The translations under genes were made by a program, and so were the position numbers. 59,532 nucleotides of DNA from a virus: the IMG/VR virus record IMGVR_UViG_3300029479_000004, positions 1 through 59,532 of that record; one strand, given 5' to 3'. Position 1 is the stretch's first letter. Each line of letters opens with the position of its first letter. Positions 1 through 8,938 of this stretch are shown here, piece by piece. The notes below the pieces were generated by a model, which ran no database searches, was not told the origin of the DNA, and saw only the letters and a program-made list of their open reading frames with translations.

Positions 1-99
1 ATATGAGTTGTCAATAAAAGGAATCGTGGGGGGGTGTAATAATGCGAATGATTTTAAAATCGTTACATATTGAAAATTTCAAAGGTGTAAAGGATAAGA
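1..99. repeat. 99-bp terminal redundancy, identical to 59434..59532 (circular assembly overlap)
   Basis: The first 99 nt (atatgagttgtcaataaaag...aaggataaga) recur exactly as the last 99 nt. The SSB ORF end and the ATPase ORF start lie inside it. Confidence 0.9.
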
Positions 100-2039
100 C
101 ATACGAATTCGGAAAGACAACAAGGGTTTCCGGCATGAACCGTAGAGGAAAGACCACAATCGGGGCGGCATGGTACTGGCTGATGTCTGATAAGAACTAT
201 GAACTTGTCAGCAATCCAAACATTAGACCGGACAATGTAGAAGATTGCATTCCGACCGTTACTGCAGATGTTGATGTAAGTGGAAAAGAAATCACTCTTT
301 CCAAGATGCAGAAGCGAAAAGTCGGAAAGCCGGATAAAAATGGGGTTTCGAAAATTACAATCACAAATACATATGAGATCAATTCTGTGCCTAAGACAGA
401 ACGTGATTTTAAGGCATATCTGGAAGAATTAGGGTTTGAGTTTGATAAATTCCTCATTTGTTCGCACCCGAATGTGTTCACTAAGGATTTGTCATTGAAG
501 AAAAAACAGGATGAAATGCGCAAATATTTATTCACTATGGCAAGCGAAAAAACAGATTTAGAGATTGCACAAATGAATAAAGAAACTGCAGATGTTGCAA
601 AACTACTTGAATCTTATAAATTCGAGGAAATTGAAGCCATGAACAATGCTTCCAAGAAGAAAGCAGTTGAACAGTTAGATGCGATTCCAAATCAGATTAT
701 CGGTCTGGAGAAAGCAAAGGTTGATGTAGATGTGGCAGAACAGGAGTTATTGAAAGCCGATTTGGAGAGAAAGATTGAAGCACTTGAAGATTTAATGGAG
801 AAATCTGATGTGCGGATTGATGAAATGCGCAGCGAAGAAATGCATTGTCAGTTTGAAATGTCAGCTATCGCGCAGACCATGAATAACGAGCTTTCAAGCC
901 AAAAATGTGAGATTGAAAATCAAAAATACGACCACGAACGGAAGTTAGAGGATGTTCGTTCATCTATCAGAAAAGAGCAGGATTCTATTGAGAGAAATAG
1001 AAAAACTATTTCCGAACAGAGCATTAAGAGAGCCGATCTTGCAAAAAAATACAACGATGAAATCGCAAAGAAGTTTGATGATTCCAAGTTGGTATTTGAC
1101 GAATCCACAACGGTTTGTTCGTTATGCGGACAAAGATTGCCGGAAGATAAAATAGAGTCTTTAAGAGCCGATTTTTCGCAGAGAAAGGCAGATGCAATCG
1201 AAATATTTAATGAAGAACACGCGAAAACACTTGCCATGATTGTTGATGATGGAAATGCGTGTGCTGAAATGATTAAGAATCTGACCGAGAATAACAAGGA
1301 ATTAGAAAACACAATTAACACCTTGAAACTGCATGAAGCGGAAGAAATTGATATTATCAAGGGATTTGACGAACAGATTTCTAAGATTCCATCTTGCGCT
1401 GATTGTACGCAGAATGCGGAATATGCCAAGTTAAAGGCTAAACAGGATAAATTGCTTGCTGATATTGCAGAGTTAGAATCCAAGGGCACAGATAAGGCGG
1501 CTGATTACGCAAAAGCTGATATTACAAAATTAAAGAGCCAGCTTGATGAAGTAAATAAGATTATTGCACAGGCTGAAAACAATGTTCGCATTGATGAACA
1601 GATTGCAGATATGCAACATAAACAGAGCGAGTATGGGCAAGCAAAGGCAGATGCCGAGAAGATTCTTTATCAGCTCAAAGAAGTTTCAAAGCGAAAGAAT
1701 AAGTTACTTGTTGAGGAAATCAATCAGCATTTCGGTATTGTACGTTGGAAGTTGTTCGATTTCCAGAAAAACGGAGAATATAAGGAAGTTTGTATTCCTA
1801 CAGTGATTGATGAAGAAACCGGCATTTATAAGGTATTCGGGGATACAACAAACACTGGCAGGGAAATTGAAGCGAAGATTGATATTTGCAACAGTTTTCA
1901 GAAGTTCTTTAATATGTATGTTCCGATTTTCCTTGATGGTGCAGAAAGTATCAATGACGAATATGTACCGGCTGTTGATACGCAGTTAATTCTTCTTACA
2001 GTATCAGAGGACAAACAATTGAAAGTGGAGGGTGTGTAG
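42..2039 (+). CDS. SMC/Rad50/SbcC-like AAA ATPase (recombination module)
   Basis: Walker A GMNRRGKTT near the N-terminus. Long coiled-coil with a central CxxC hook-like motif (CSLCGQ). C-terminal Walker B/D-loop IFLDGAES. Confidence 0.7.
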   Translation: MRMILKSLHIENFKGVKDKTYEFGKTTRVSGMNRRGKTTIGAAWYWLMSDKNYELVSNPNIRPDNVEDCIPTVTADVDVSGKEITLSKMQKRKVGKPDKNGVSKITITNTYEINSVPKTERDFKAYLEELGFEFDKFLICSHPNVFTKDLSLKKKQDEMRKYLFTMASEKTDLEIAQMNKETADVAKLLESYKFEEIEAMNNASKKKAVEQLDAIPNQIIGLEKAKVDVDVAEQELLKADLERKIEALEDLMEKSDVRIDEMRSEEMHCQFEMSAIAQTMNNELSSQKCEIENQKYDHERKLEDVRSSIRKEQDSIERNRKTISEQSIKRADLAKKYNDEIAKKFDDSKLVFDESTTVCSLCGQRLPEDKIESLRADFSQRKADAIEIFNEEHAKTLAMIVDDGNACAEMIKNLTENNKELENTINTLKLHEAEEIDIIKGFDEQISKIPSCADCTQNAEYAKLKAKQDKLLADIAELESKGTDKAADYAKADITKLKSQLDEVNKIIAQAENNVRIDEQIADMQHKQSEYGQAKADAEKILYQLKEVSKRKNKLLVEEINQHFGIVRWKLFDFQKNGEYKEVCIPTVIDEETGIYKVFGDTTNTGREIEAKIDICNSFQKFFNMYVPIFLDGAESINDEYVPAVDTQLILLTVSEDKQLKVEGV

Positions 2040-2040
2040 A

Positions 2041-2208
2041 ATGTCAAGAGTAGGGACAAGCAACAACATCACGCAGCCAGATGCACGGTGTATGTCGTGC
2101 AAGCGTTGGAGGAACGCAAATAAAGGGTTTTGGGTAGGGGACGGACATTGTTCTCTTTCGTATTGCGAGAAAGATATGAGAAATAAAGGAAAGAGAGGTT
2201 ACAGATAA
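2041..2208 (+). CDS. small Cys-rich protein (55 aa)
   Basis: ATG lies just after the ATPase stop and its TAA abuts the next ATG. Below the ORF-track cutoff; read manually. Confidence 0.3.
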   Translation: MSRVGTSNNITQPDARCMSCKRWRNANKGFWVGDGHCSLSYCEKDMRNKGKRGYR

Positions 2209-2946
2209 ATGCAGTATATCAAAGCGAAATTTCCAAACATCACAAGAAGCTACGTGTATCGCACCGAGGATTCCGTGAAAGCTGGTGATACGGTTGTAAA
2301 TGCCAAGGGTGCAAAGCTGACGGTCACGGATGAAACCGTGGATATGAAGTGGGTAGAAACCTACGGTGCTGATAAGATGGCGGTTGTTAAGAAGTATGAG
2401 GAACCGGAAAAACGGTACATTGTCGAGCGTGAGTTTGAATACGCAGGATATAAATGCGTAGTAGTATTTACGCGCATGGGGCATAGATGCGGTTATGTCG
2501 GAATTTCAAAGAATCATCCATTATACGGAAAGGATTACAGTGATTACCTTGAAATCAAGAAAGCCGATGTCGGGGACAGAGAAGTAAGCGGAATTTTCCC
2601 TTTGCTTTGTGCTTGTCTGGATGAAGATGAAAGAATCCAAATTGAAGCATATTTTCAGTGTCACGGTGGCATTACATATGCAGGCGGTGGAGAGCATTCA
2701 AGTTATCTAATCGAGAGTGATTTGTGGTGGTTCGGATTTGATTGCGCACATGCAGGAGATAAGTCGGATTTGAAGTATGCAATAGAGAAGTTCCCCAAAC
2801 AGGCAGAGCAACTTAAAATGCAGAAGCGAATCAACGATATGTACCAGATTGAGGGCGATATCATCAGAACAGAGGAATATGTTGCAGAAGAATGCAAGAA
2901 ATTGGCAGAGCAGTTAAAGCAGTTTGAAGAAAGCGGGGAAAAATAA
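2209..2946 (+). CDS. conserved phage protein, unknown function (His/Cys/Asp-rich C-terminal half)
   Basis: 245-aa ORF with an upstream purine-rich RBS. Motifs HRCGYVG, HGGITYAG and FDCAHAGD suggest metal binding. Confidence 0.5.
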   Translation: MQYIKAKFPNITRSYVYRTEDSVKAGDTVVNAKGAKLTVTDETVDMKWVETYGADKMAVVKKYEEPEKRYIVEREFEYAGYKCVVVFTRMGHRCGYVGISKNHPLYGKDYSDYLEIKKADVGDREVSGIFPLLCACLDEDERIQIEAYFQCHGGITYAGGGEHSSYLIESDLWWFGFDCAHAGDKSDLKYAIEKFPKQAEQLKMQKRINDMYQIEGDIIRTEEYVAEECKKLAEQLKQFEESGEK

Positions 2947-3102
2947 ATGATTTTACAGAAAAAGACAGTTCGTACAGGAAGAGGAACTAGCAAGGTTGAA
3001 CTTGTGGAAGAGGGGACAGATTACATCGTGAAAGTAGATGGGGACGTTTATAAAAGAACTACAAATGAGCTGTTCGCAGTGCAGGCATTTAATGAGATTT
3101 AG
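2947..3102 (+). CDS. small hypothetical protein (51 aa)
   Basis: ATG immediately follows the upstream TAA. Read manually. Confidence 0.3.
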   Translation: MILQKKTVRTGRGTSKVELVEEGTDYIVKVDGDVYKRTTNELFAVQAFNEI

Positions 3103-3122
3103 GAAAGCGAGGAAAAATAATT

Positions 3123-4226
3123 ATGGCAGAAACAAAGAAACAGGAAGTTGCAGTTAAGCAGGAAATGAATACAAGGCTTTCGTTCTACGCAAACCAGTAT
3201 ACCGGACTTATGGAGCGAGATTTCGAGGAACATGGTCTTGTATTTGATGATTATTCAAAACAGTGTGTTATGGCATCAATGAGTGCGATTTACAACCTTG
3301 TTACATCAAATAAGGCAGCTATGGAAAATCTGAATGGTTCTAATTTGCGGCAGGTTATCGGGCAGGTCTCCAGCCTTAAACTTAATGCAAATGCAGTACC
3401 GAGAGAGTGTTATTTCCAGTTAAGAAATAAGCAGGATGCCAATGGAAATTGGTATAAAGAGGTTGAGATGGGAATCGAGGGAGACGGAAACGATGCACTT
3501 CTTCGCAACTTCGGCGTTGGCGTTAAAAAAGTCTATCCGGTATGGCTTGTGAAAGAAGGAGATGAATTTACATACCCGAAACATAAAGGCGTTGAGATTA
3601 CACCACCGGAATGGGAAGAAAAAGGATTGTCGCAGAAAGTCATTCGCGTTGTTTATCCGGTCGAGATGGACGGCGGAAAGATTGAATATATGATTGCCGA
3701 GCGAGAAGGTGTAAAAGGAAACCTTTTGGCTCATGTGCGCAACAATCTTTTGAATGAAACGTTTGGAATTTGCGAGAATAAGCGCAAGGCAACCGACAAG
3801 CAAAAGGCTGAAATTAAGGCTAAAAAGGACGAGATTATCAGTGCACTTCTCGGATGCAAGACATTGGAAGAAATGCTTGCTTGTGAAGTGGCAAGACCTT
3901 ATATGAGCGCGGCGTGGAGAGAAACTTCCGAAGCTATGATTGTCCGCAAGATGCGTAATAACGCAATCAAGAAACACCCGAAAGACCTTAACGCTATGGC
4001 TACACAGTCACTTATGCAGATGGATGAAACTTATCAGCAGACGCAGGAAGATATTGCCGAAAACGCCAATTCAGAGGACTTCATTGTTGCAGATGCAGAA
4101 GTAAAGGAATCAGTGAAAGATGGCGTTGAGAAGTCGGTTGGAGCGCATTTTGATGTAGAAGTTCCGGTGAAAGATGATCGAAAGATTTCTACAGATGCTG
4201 ACGTTCCGGATTTTATGAAGAATTAG
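3123..4226 (+). CDS. RecT-like single-strand annealing protein
   Basis: Lies next to the SMC-like ATPase, SSB and MBL hydrolase. RecT-like segments LKLNANAVPRECYFQLRN and YPVWLVKEGDEFTY; acidic C-terminal tail. Confidence 0.5.
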   Translation: MAETKKQEVAVKQEMNTRLSFYANQYTGLMERDFEEHGLVFDDYSKQCVMASMSAIYNLVTSNKAAMENLNGSNLRQVIGQVSSLKLNANAVPRECYFQLRNKQDANGNWYKEVEMGIEGDGNDALLRNFGVGVKKVYPVWLVKEGDEFTYPKHKGVEITPPEWEEKGLSQKVIRVVYPVEMDGGKIEYMIAEREGVKGNLLAHVRNNLLNETFGICENKRKATDKQKAEIKAKKDEIISALLGCKTLEEMLACEVARPYMSAAWRETSEAMIVRKMRNNAIKKHPKDLNAMATQSLMQMDETYQQTQEDIAENANSEDFIVADAEVKESVKDGVEKSVGAHFDVEVPVKDDRKISTDADVPDFMKN

Positions 4227-4235
4227 GAGGGCATT

Positions 4236-4448
4236 ATGATTTTTGTTAAATTGGCGATTCTGTTATTCGCGTTATGGTTTGTTATCGGAAAAATTGTTGC
4301 TTCAAACATATCTCCACAAGAGCAGGCACTTCACAATCTCGGAGTTCCATATAAGCTTACGTTCGGAAGAGTTGTTTTAGCTATCTTATCGATTGCACTG
4401 TTTGTTGATGCTTTCGTTGCTTTGGTTTGGTTTTTGTTTTTCAGATAG
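4236..4448 (+). CDS. small membrane protein (2 TM)
   Basis: 70 aa with two hydrophobic helices; RBS GGAGGG upstream. Confidence 0.5.
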   Translation: MIFVKLAILLFALWFVIGKIVASNISPQEQALHNLGVPYKLTFGRVVLAILSIALFVDAFVALVWFLFFR

Positions 4449-4457
4449 GAGGAGTCT

Positions 4458-4788
4458 ATGAGAGTTATATCGCAGGACGGAACAATGGATGTACCATATG
4501 AAGTCAGTTCTTTAAATATGGTAGTCGGGAAATATGAAGATGTTGTAAATGCGGCTATTTATTGCTGCAACTCTTTTTTCGACAATAAGAATGGCTGAAT
4601 ATGGTTCCGAAGAAAAGGCAAAGAAAGCTATGGAAAGGCTTAGAAAAATATATGAAAATAATGTGTTTTATCATTGTACAGCCGGTTCAAAGAGTTTTGA
4701 AGAAGCACAGAGCATTTTGAGCGTGGAACAATTTCAGAAAGCTACAACAGAATATTTTCAGTTTCCGGCAGAGGAAGAATTGGAGTAG
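4458..4788 (+). pseudogene. small phage protein split by a +1 frame change at a T6 run (frameshifted, recoded, or homopolymer error)
   Basis: Frame A (4458..4598, good RBS GGAGG) stops after 46 aa. Frame B (4549..4788) continues with ...MAEYGSEEKAKKAMERL. The frames meet at T6 4574..4579. Confidence 0.35.
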
Positions 4789-4791
4789 CCT

Positions 4792-5598
4792 ATGAAATAC
4801 TATTGGGTTCGCATCTATGATTACAAGGTAGACGATGAACTGAAAGAGTTTACAGATGATAACGTGTGGGATTCTCAAAAAGGCACTCTTCTTGATGAAT
4901 ATTATCTTTGCGGAGAAGATATGTCTCGTAGTGAAGCAAAGGACGAAGTAAAGAAGAAAAGCAGTATTTCAAGGTTTGCAAAGCCAAGAAAAGGTAGCGG
5001 AATATATGCTCTGGTTATGGAAAGCAACCAATTCTTCTATGAGCGATTCAATATTGAAGTTGATACAATCTGTTTTAACTGCCATAAGTCGATCAAAGGC
5101 AAACAAAAGGACTTTCCATACATTACGACAGATGGTGGAGAAAAATATTACTTTTGTTCTTATGATTGCCGAGCAAAAACCAGTAGCAAAATCAATCCCT
5201 ACTACGAAGGAGAATTTCAAACCAGAGAGGGATATGAGAGTAACGGTGGCGTATATGGATATATCTATCATATTTACAACAGAAAGACTAATATGCACTA
5301 CATAGGACAAACGGTATATATGCCATTCTTCCGGTGGCAGGAACACGTTAAGAGCGGTTTGAAAGGTAATATTACAGACCTTGTATTTGAGACCATTACA
5401 GAGGTTCGTGTTAAGTCACAGGAGTATCTGAACAACATTGAAGCATGGTGGATTAGGAAATACATTGATGAATATGGGCGAGACCGTGTTATGAATATTA
5501 CAGTTCCAAAGATAACACTTGAGGACTTGGCAAAGGAATATTCAAAGATAGTTTCGGGACAGTTAAGTATTGAAACGGATGAAAGTGAGGTGGTTTAA
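4792..5598 (+). CDS. GIY-YIG nuclease-domain protein with N-terminal zinc finger (homing-endonuclease-like)
   Basis: GVYGYIY...YIGQT...R..EH motif set. Upstream CFNCH...YFCSYDC zinc-finger pattern. Confidence 0.7.
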   Translation: MKYYWVRIYDYKVDDELKEFTDDNVWDSQKGTLLDEYYLCGEDMSRSEAKDEVKKKSSISRFAKPRKGSGIYALVMESNQFFYERFNIEVDTICFNCHKSIKGKQKDFPYITTDGGEKYYFCSYDCRAKTSSKINPYYEGEFQTREGYESNGGVYGYIYHIYNRKTNMHYIGQTVYMPFFRWQEHVKSGLKGNITDLVFETITEVRVKSQEYLNNIEAWWIRKYIDEYGRDRVMNITVPKITLEDLAKEYSKIVSGQLSIETDESEVV

Positions 5599-5604
5599 AC
5601 GCTT

Positions 5605-6336
5605 ATGCGATGTTGCGGTTCATCATCAGCAGGCAACAGTTACGCTTTAATCAGCAGCAGTGGTGAGATTCTTGCCATTGAAGCAGGTGTGAAATTTATG
5701 GACTTTAAGAAAATGATTGATTGGAAAATAGCAAATGTTTCCGGATGCATTGTGAGCCACGAACACGGAGACCATGCACGATACATAAAAGATTTCATGC
5801 AGTCCGGTATTCCGGTTTACACGGCTTTTGAAACGCAGACCGCACTTGAAACCATAACCGGAGAACGTACAGCACCTATTCCACCGCGCAGAACACGGCA
5901 AATCGGCGGTTTTACAGTAACACCATTCAATGTACCGCATGACACAGAAATCGAGTGCTACGGCTATTTAATCGAGCATGAGGAAATGGGCAAACTGTTA
6001 TTCTTGACCGACTTGGAATATTGCAGATATGACTTTTCCGGTATGAACGTTGAGCATATCATGGTCGAAGCCAATTACAGCATGGACTTGGTAGACCGGA
6101 ATGAGCCAAATTATGAACACCGCCTACGAGGTCATATGAGCCTTGATACGGCACTTAAATTTATTCAGACGAACGACAACCCAGCTTTACGAAATGTCGT
6201 TTTAATACACTTATCGGACACAAGCGGAGATCCCGCGTTATTCCTAAAACGAACGAAAGAAACAATTAAATATGGAGCGAATGTTTATATTGCAGAAAAA
6301 GGACTAGAGGTTGATATGAACCTTTGTCCGTTCTGA
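5605..6336 (+). CDS. MBL-fold metallo-hydrolase
   Basis: HxHxDH motif (SHEHGDH). N-terminal GSSSAGNSY and downstream His/Asp positions are typical of the beta-lactamase fold. Confidence 0.75.
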   Translation: MRCCGSSSAGNSYALISSSGEILAIEAGVKFMDFKKMIDWKIANVSGCIVSHEHGDHARYIKDFMQSGIPVYTAFETQTALETITGERTAPIPPRRTRQIGGFTVTPFNVPHDTEIECYGYLIEHEEMGKLLFLTDLEYCRYDFSGMNVEHIMVEANYSMDLVDRNEPNYEHRLRGHMSLDTALKFIQTNDNPALRNVVLIHLSDTSGDPALFLKRTKETIKYGANVYIAEKGLEVDMNLCPF

Positions 6337-6472
6337 TTGGTTGAAACACCTTGGCGAAAGCCTAAAAGAAACTATCTCGTTTGGCGAATAATAGTTATCA
6401 CAAACCTTATTGAAAGCCATGTCTTGGCGGTGCGTTTGCCGTACCGCCCTTACAAAAGATTGGAGGTAAAAA

Positions 6473-6820
6473 TTGAAATTATGTGAATACTGTATGGCTG
6501 AATTTGAGCCGAAGCGACCAGATCAAAAATACTGTAGACCAAAATGTGCCAAAAGATACGCACAGTTTAAGAATTTTAAAAAGGCTGGAAGAATTGTGTA
6601 TACAAGAATATGCCCGAAATGTGGCAGGCTGTTTATGACGATAGATGAACGCAAAGTTGATTGCCAAGACTGCATCGGCAATGAAGTTAAAGAACGCTTG
6701 AAAAAACCAAAGAAAAAGGACGATATAATCAAGGCTGTGAATCATATGGCACGCGCATCTGGAATGAGTTACGGAAAGTTTGTGGCTCAAATGAGCATTA
6801 AACCATTGGAGAGGAAGTGA
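6473..6820 (+). CDS. zinc-ribbon protein
   Basis: TTG start after GGAGGT. Motifs CEYC...YCRPKC and CPKC...CQDC. Confidence 0.45.
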   Translation: MKLCEYCMAEFEPKRPDQKYCRPKCAKRYAQFKNFKKAGRIVYTRICPKCGRLFMTIDERKVDCQDCIGNEVKERLKKPKKKDDIIKAVNHMARASGMSYGKFVAQMSIKPLERK

Positions 6821-6824
6821 TTGG

Positions 6825-7547
6825 ATGGGATATAAACACGGATTATCAAATAAATGCGGTAGATTATATCCTCTGTGGAAAAGTATTAAATATCGTTGCT
6901 ATTGCAAAACTTCTCGTGACTATAAAAATTACGGTGAAAGAGGGATTGCAATGTGTGATGAATGGAAGAATGATTTTCTAAGTTTCCATGATTGGGCAAT
7001 CGCAAACGGGTATAAAGAGGAAAAGACGGATAAGGGATTGAACATTTTAACCATTGACAGAATTGATGTTAATGGGAATTACGAGCCTAGCAATTGCAGG
7101 TTTGTAACAAATGCAGAACAAGCTAAAAACAAAAGAAATAGCATTCCTTTAGAGGAAAAATTTTTAAAATGTCCTGTTTGCGGAAAGCAATTTGTGAAAA
7201 AGCAGAGAAATGGGCAAAAAACATGTAGCAATCACTGCGGAAGGATTCTTTATTACAGAGAGCATCCAAACACAAAAGACTATATGAAAATATGTCCTAT
7301 TTGCAATAAATCATTTAACGCCAAAAGAGGAGGTCATTACAATGACGCAGTTTATTGCAGTAAAAAATGTAAAGATTTATCAGGTTCGCCTGTTTGGGAG
7401 CACAATGGACAAACCCATAGGGTTGTTGAGTGGGCTGAAATAGTAGGTATAAATGCACATTGCTTATTACATAGAAAGGATATGGGTTGGACTATTGAAG
7501 AGATATTAACAACGCCATTCAGAGGTAGAAGAAAATGCCAAATGTAA
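6825..7547 (+). CDS. HNH-derived (IDRID-type) homing-endonuclease-like DNA-binding protein, paralog of 36457..37104
   Basis: Contains W.S...RC...Y..YGERGI..CDEW..F..F..W....GY...IDRIDVNGNYEPSNCRF. C-terminal zinc ribbons and an HTH-like repeat. Confidence 0.45.
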   Translation: MGYKHGLSNKCGRLYPLWKSIKYRCYCKTSRDYKNYGERGIAMCDEWKNDFLSFHDWAIANGYKEEKTDKGLNILTIDRIDVNGNYEPSNCRFVTNAEQAKNKRNSIPLEEKFLKCPVCGKQFVKKQRNGQKTCSNHCGRILYYREHPNTKDYMKICPICNKSFNAKRGGHYNDAVYCSKKCKDLSGSPVWEHNGQTHRVVEWAEIVGINAHCLLHRKDMGWTIEEILTTPFRGRRKCQM

Positions 7548-8134
7548 ATTATAAGAAGCTATATGCAATAAAAAAGAACAACGAGAAACGGATATTAAGC
7601 GTTTGTCCGAGAATGAAAAACCAGAGCGGAATTTATTTTTACACAAGGACTGATGAAAACGGTATATCTTACTTTTATATCGGGCAGAGCGTTGACTGCC
7701 TAGAGAGAAATATTTCACATTTATCCGGTTATCAGCACATAGATCTTTCGATTAAAAAAAGAGGATTTTATAGTGAAGAAAATCCGTATGGATGGAAATT
7801 GGATTTTATTCATTATCCGACAGAAAAGCTTGATGAAATGGAACAATATTGGATTTTGGAATATACAAAGAAAGGTTATCAATGCCGTTACAACAAAACG
7901 GCTGGCGGTCAAGGTACAGGAAAAGAAAAGATAAACGAATTTAAACCGGCAAAAGGCTATTATGACGGCATTAAGCAAGGCAAAAAGAGTCTTGCCAAGG
8001 AATTATCGCATATCGCTGAAAAGCACCTTGAAATCCGCTTGAAGCCGGAGAAACAGGGCAACAAAGTTTCTGAAAAGCAGTATGAGAAGTTTATGGCTTT
8101 GATTTCTGAAAACACATATGAGGAGAGTGATTAA
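7535..8134 (+). CDS. GIY-YIG nuclease-domain protein (second copy)
   Basis: Motifs GIYFYTR...YFYIGQS...R...H and YWILEY...NKTAGG. Confidence 0.65.
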   Translation: MPNVNYKKLYAIKKNNEKRILSVCPRMKNQSGIYFYTRTDENGISYFYIGQSVDCLERNISHLSGYQHIDLSIKKRGFYSEENPYGWKLDFIHYPTEKLDEMEQYWILEYTKKGYQCRYNKTAGGQGTGKEKINEFKPAKGYYDGIKQGKKSLAKELSHIAEKHLEIRLKPEKQGNKVSEKQYEKFMALISENTYEESD

Positions 8135-8938
8135 ATGGCAGAAGTCAAGTGGATTAAAATCACAACAGATGTTTTTGATGATGAAAAGATTCTGCTGATT
8201 GAGAGTATGCCGAGTGCGGATAGCATCATTACGATTTGGTTCAAACTTCTTATTCTTGCCGGAAAACAGAATAACAACGGTGTGTTTATGATGAGCAACA
8301 AGTTACCGTTCACGGATGAAATGCTTGCCACCATTTTCCGCAGAGATTTGAACACGGTAAGGCTTGCACTTAAGACCTTTGAAGAATTTGGGATGATTGA
8401 GGTCGTTGACAATGTGATAACGATTCCGAATTGGAATAAGCATCAAACGCTTGACGCTTATGAGAAGAAAAAGGAACGTGACAGGCTTTATCAGCAGAAC
8501 CGGAGAAAGAAGCAGAAGAACCTAATTGAGCAAAAATCGCCCGATAAATCGTCTGACGTCGCTGTTTCAGATAAAGAAGAAGAAAAAGAAGAAGATAAAG
8601 AGAAAGAAAATATAAAAGAAAATTCGCTGTCGACCGATTCCGGAGATTTGTTTGATTTTGACGATGCATGGAAAAAGACTTTTAGTATATACCCCAAGAA
8701 AACAGCGTACAGTACCTCTAAAACGGCTTGGATGGATAAAGTGCTAGAAGTTATCGAAGAGAACCAACCGGACATTGCACGGCTGTTATACAAAGCCACA
8801 GAAGCATATTTGAGTGACTATCAAGAAAAGAATCCAGACGATACGGATTTTCGGTATATTCCAAAATATGTTGATTGGATAAAAAACGATTGCGATTATT
8901 GGTTGCAGATTGCGGAGAAACGAGGTGATTGTAGTTGA
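8135..8938 (+). CDS. phage replisome organizer (N-terminal domain family)
   Basis: MAEVKWIKITTDVFDDEKILLIESMP...IWFKLLILAGK matches the replisome-organizer N-terminal signature. Charged Lys/Glu linker. Confidence 0.8.
   Translation: MAEVKWIKITTDVFDDEKILLIESMPSADSIITIWFKLLILAGKQNNNGVFMMSNKLPFTDEMLATIFRRDLNTVRLALKTFEEFGMIEVVDNVITIPNWNKHQTLDAYEKKKERDRLYQQNRRKKQKNLIEQKSPDKSSDVAVSDKEEEKEEDKEKENIKENSLSTDSGDLFDFDDAWKKTFSIYPKKTAYSTSKTAWMDKVLEVIEENQPDIARLLYKATEAYLSDYQEKNPDDTDFRYIPKYVDWIKNDCDYWLQIAEKRGDCS
8547..8571. repeat. iteron-containing 25-mer inside the organizer gene, shared with 26536..26560
   Basis: AATCGTCTGACGTCGCTGTTTCAGA versus AATCGTCTGACGTCGCTTTTTCAGA (24/25). Followed by a purine-rich AT-rich tract. 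Confidence 0.6.

Noticed and set aside
1-99. Biological direct terminal repeat
   Set aside because: The length equals a common assembler k-mer and ORFs cross the junction seamlessly, so it is treated as a circularisation artefact pending read-end analysis.
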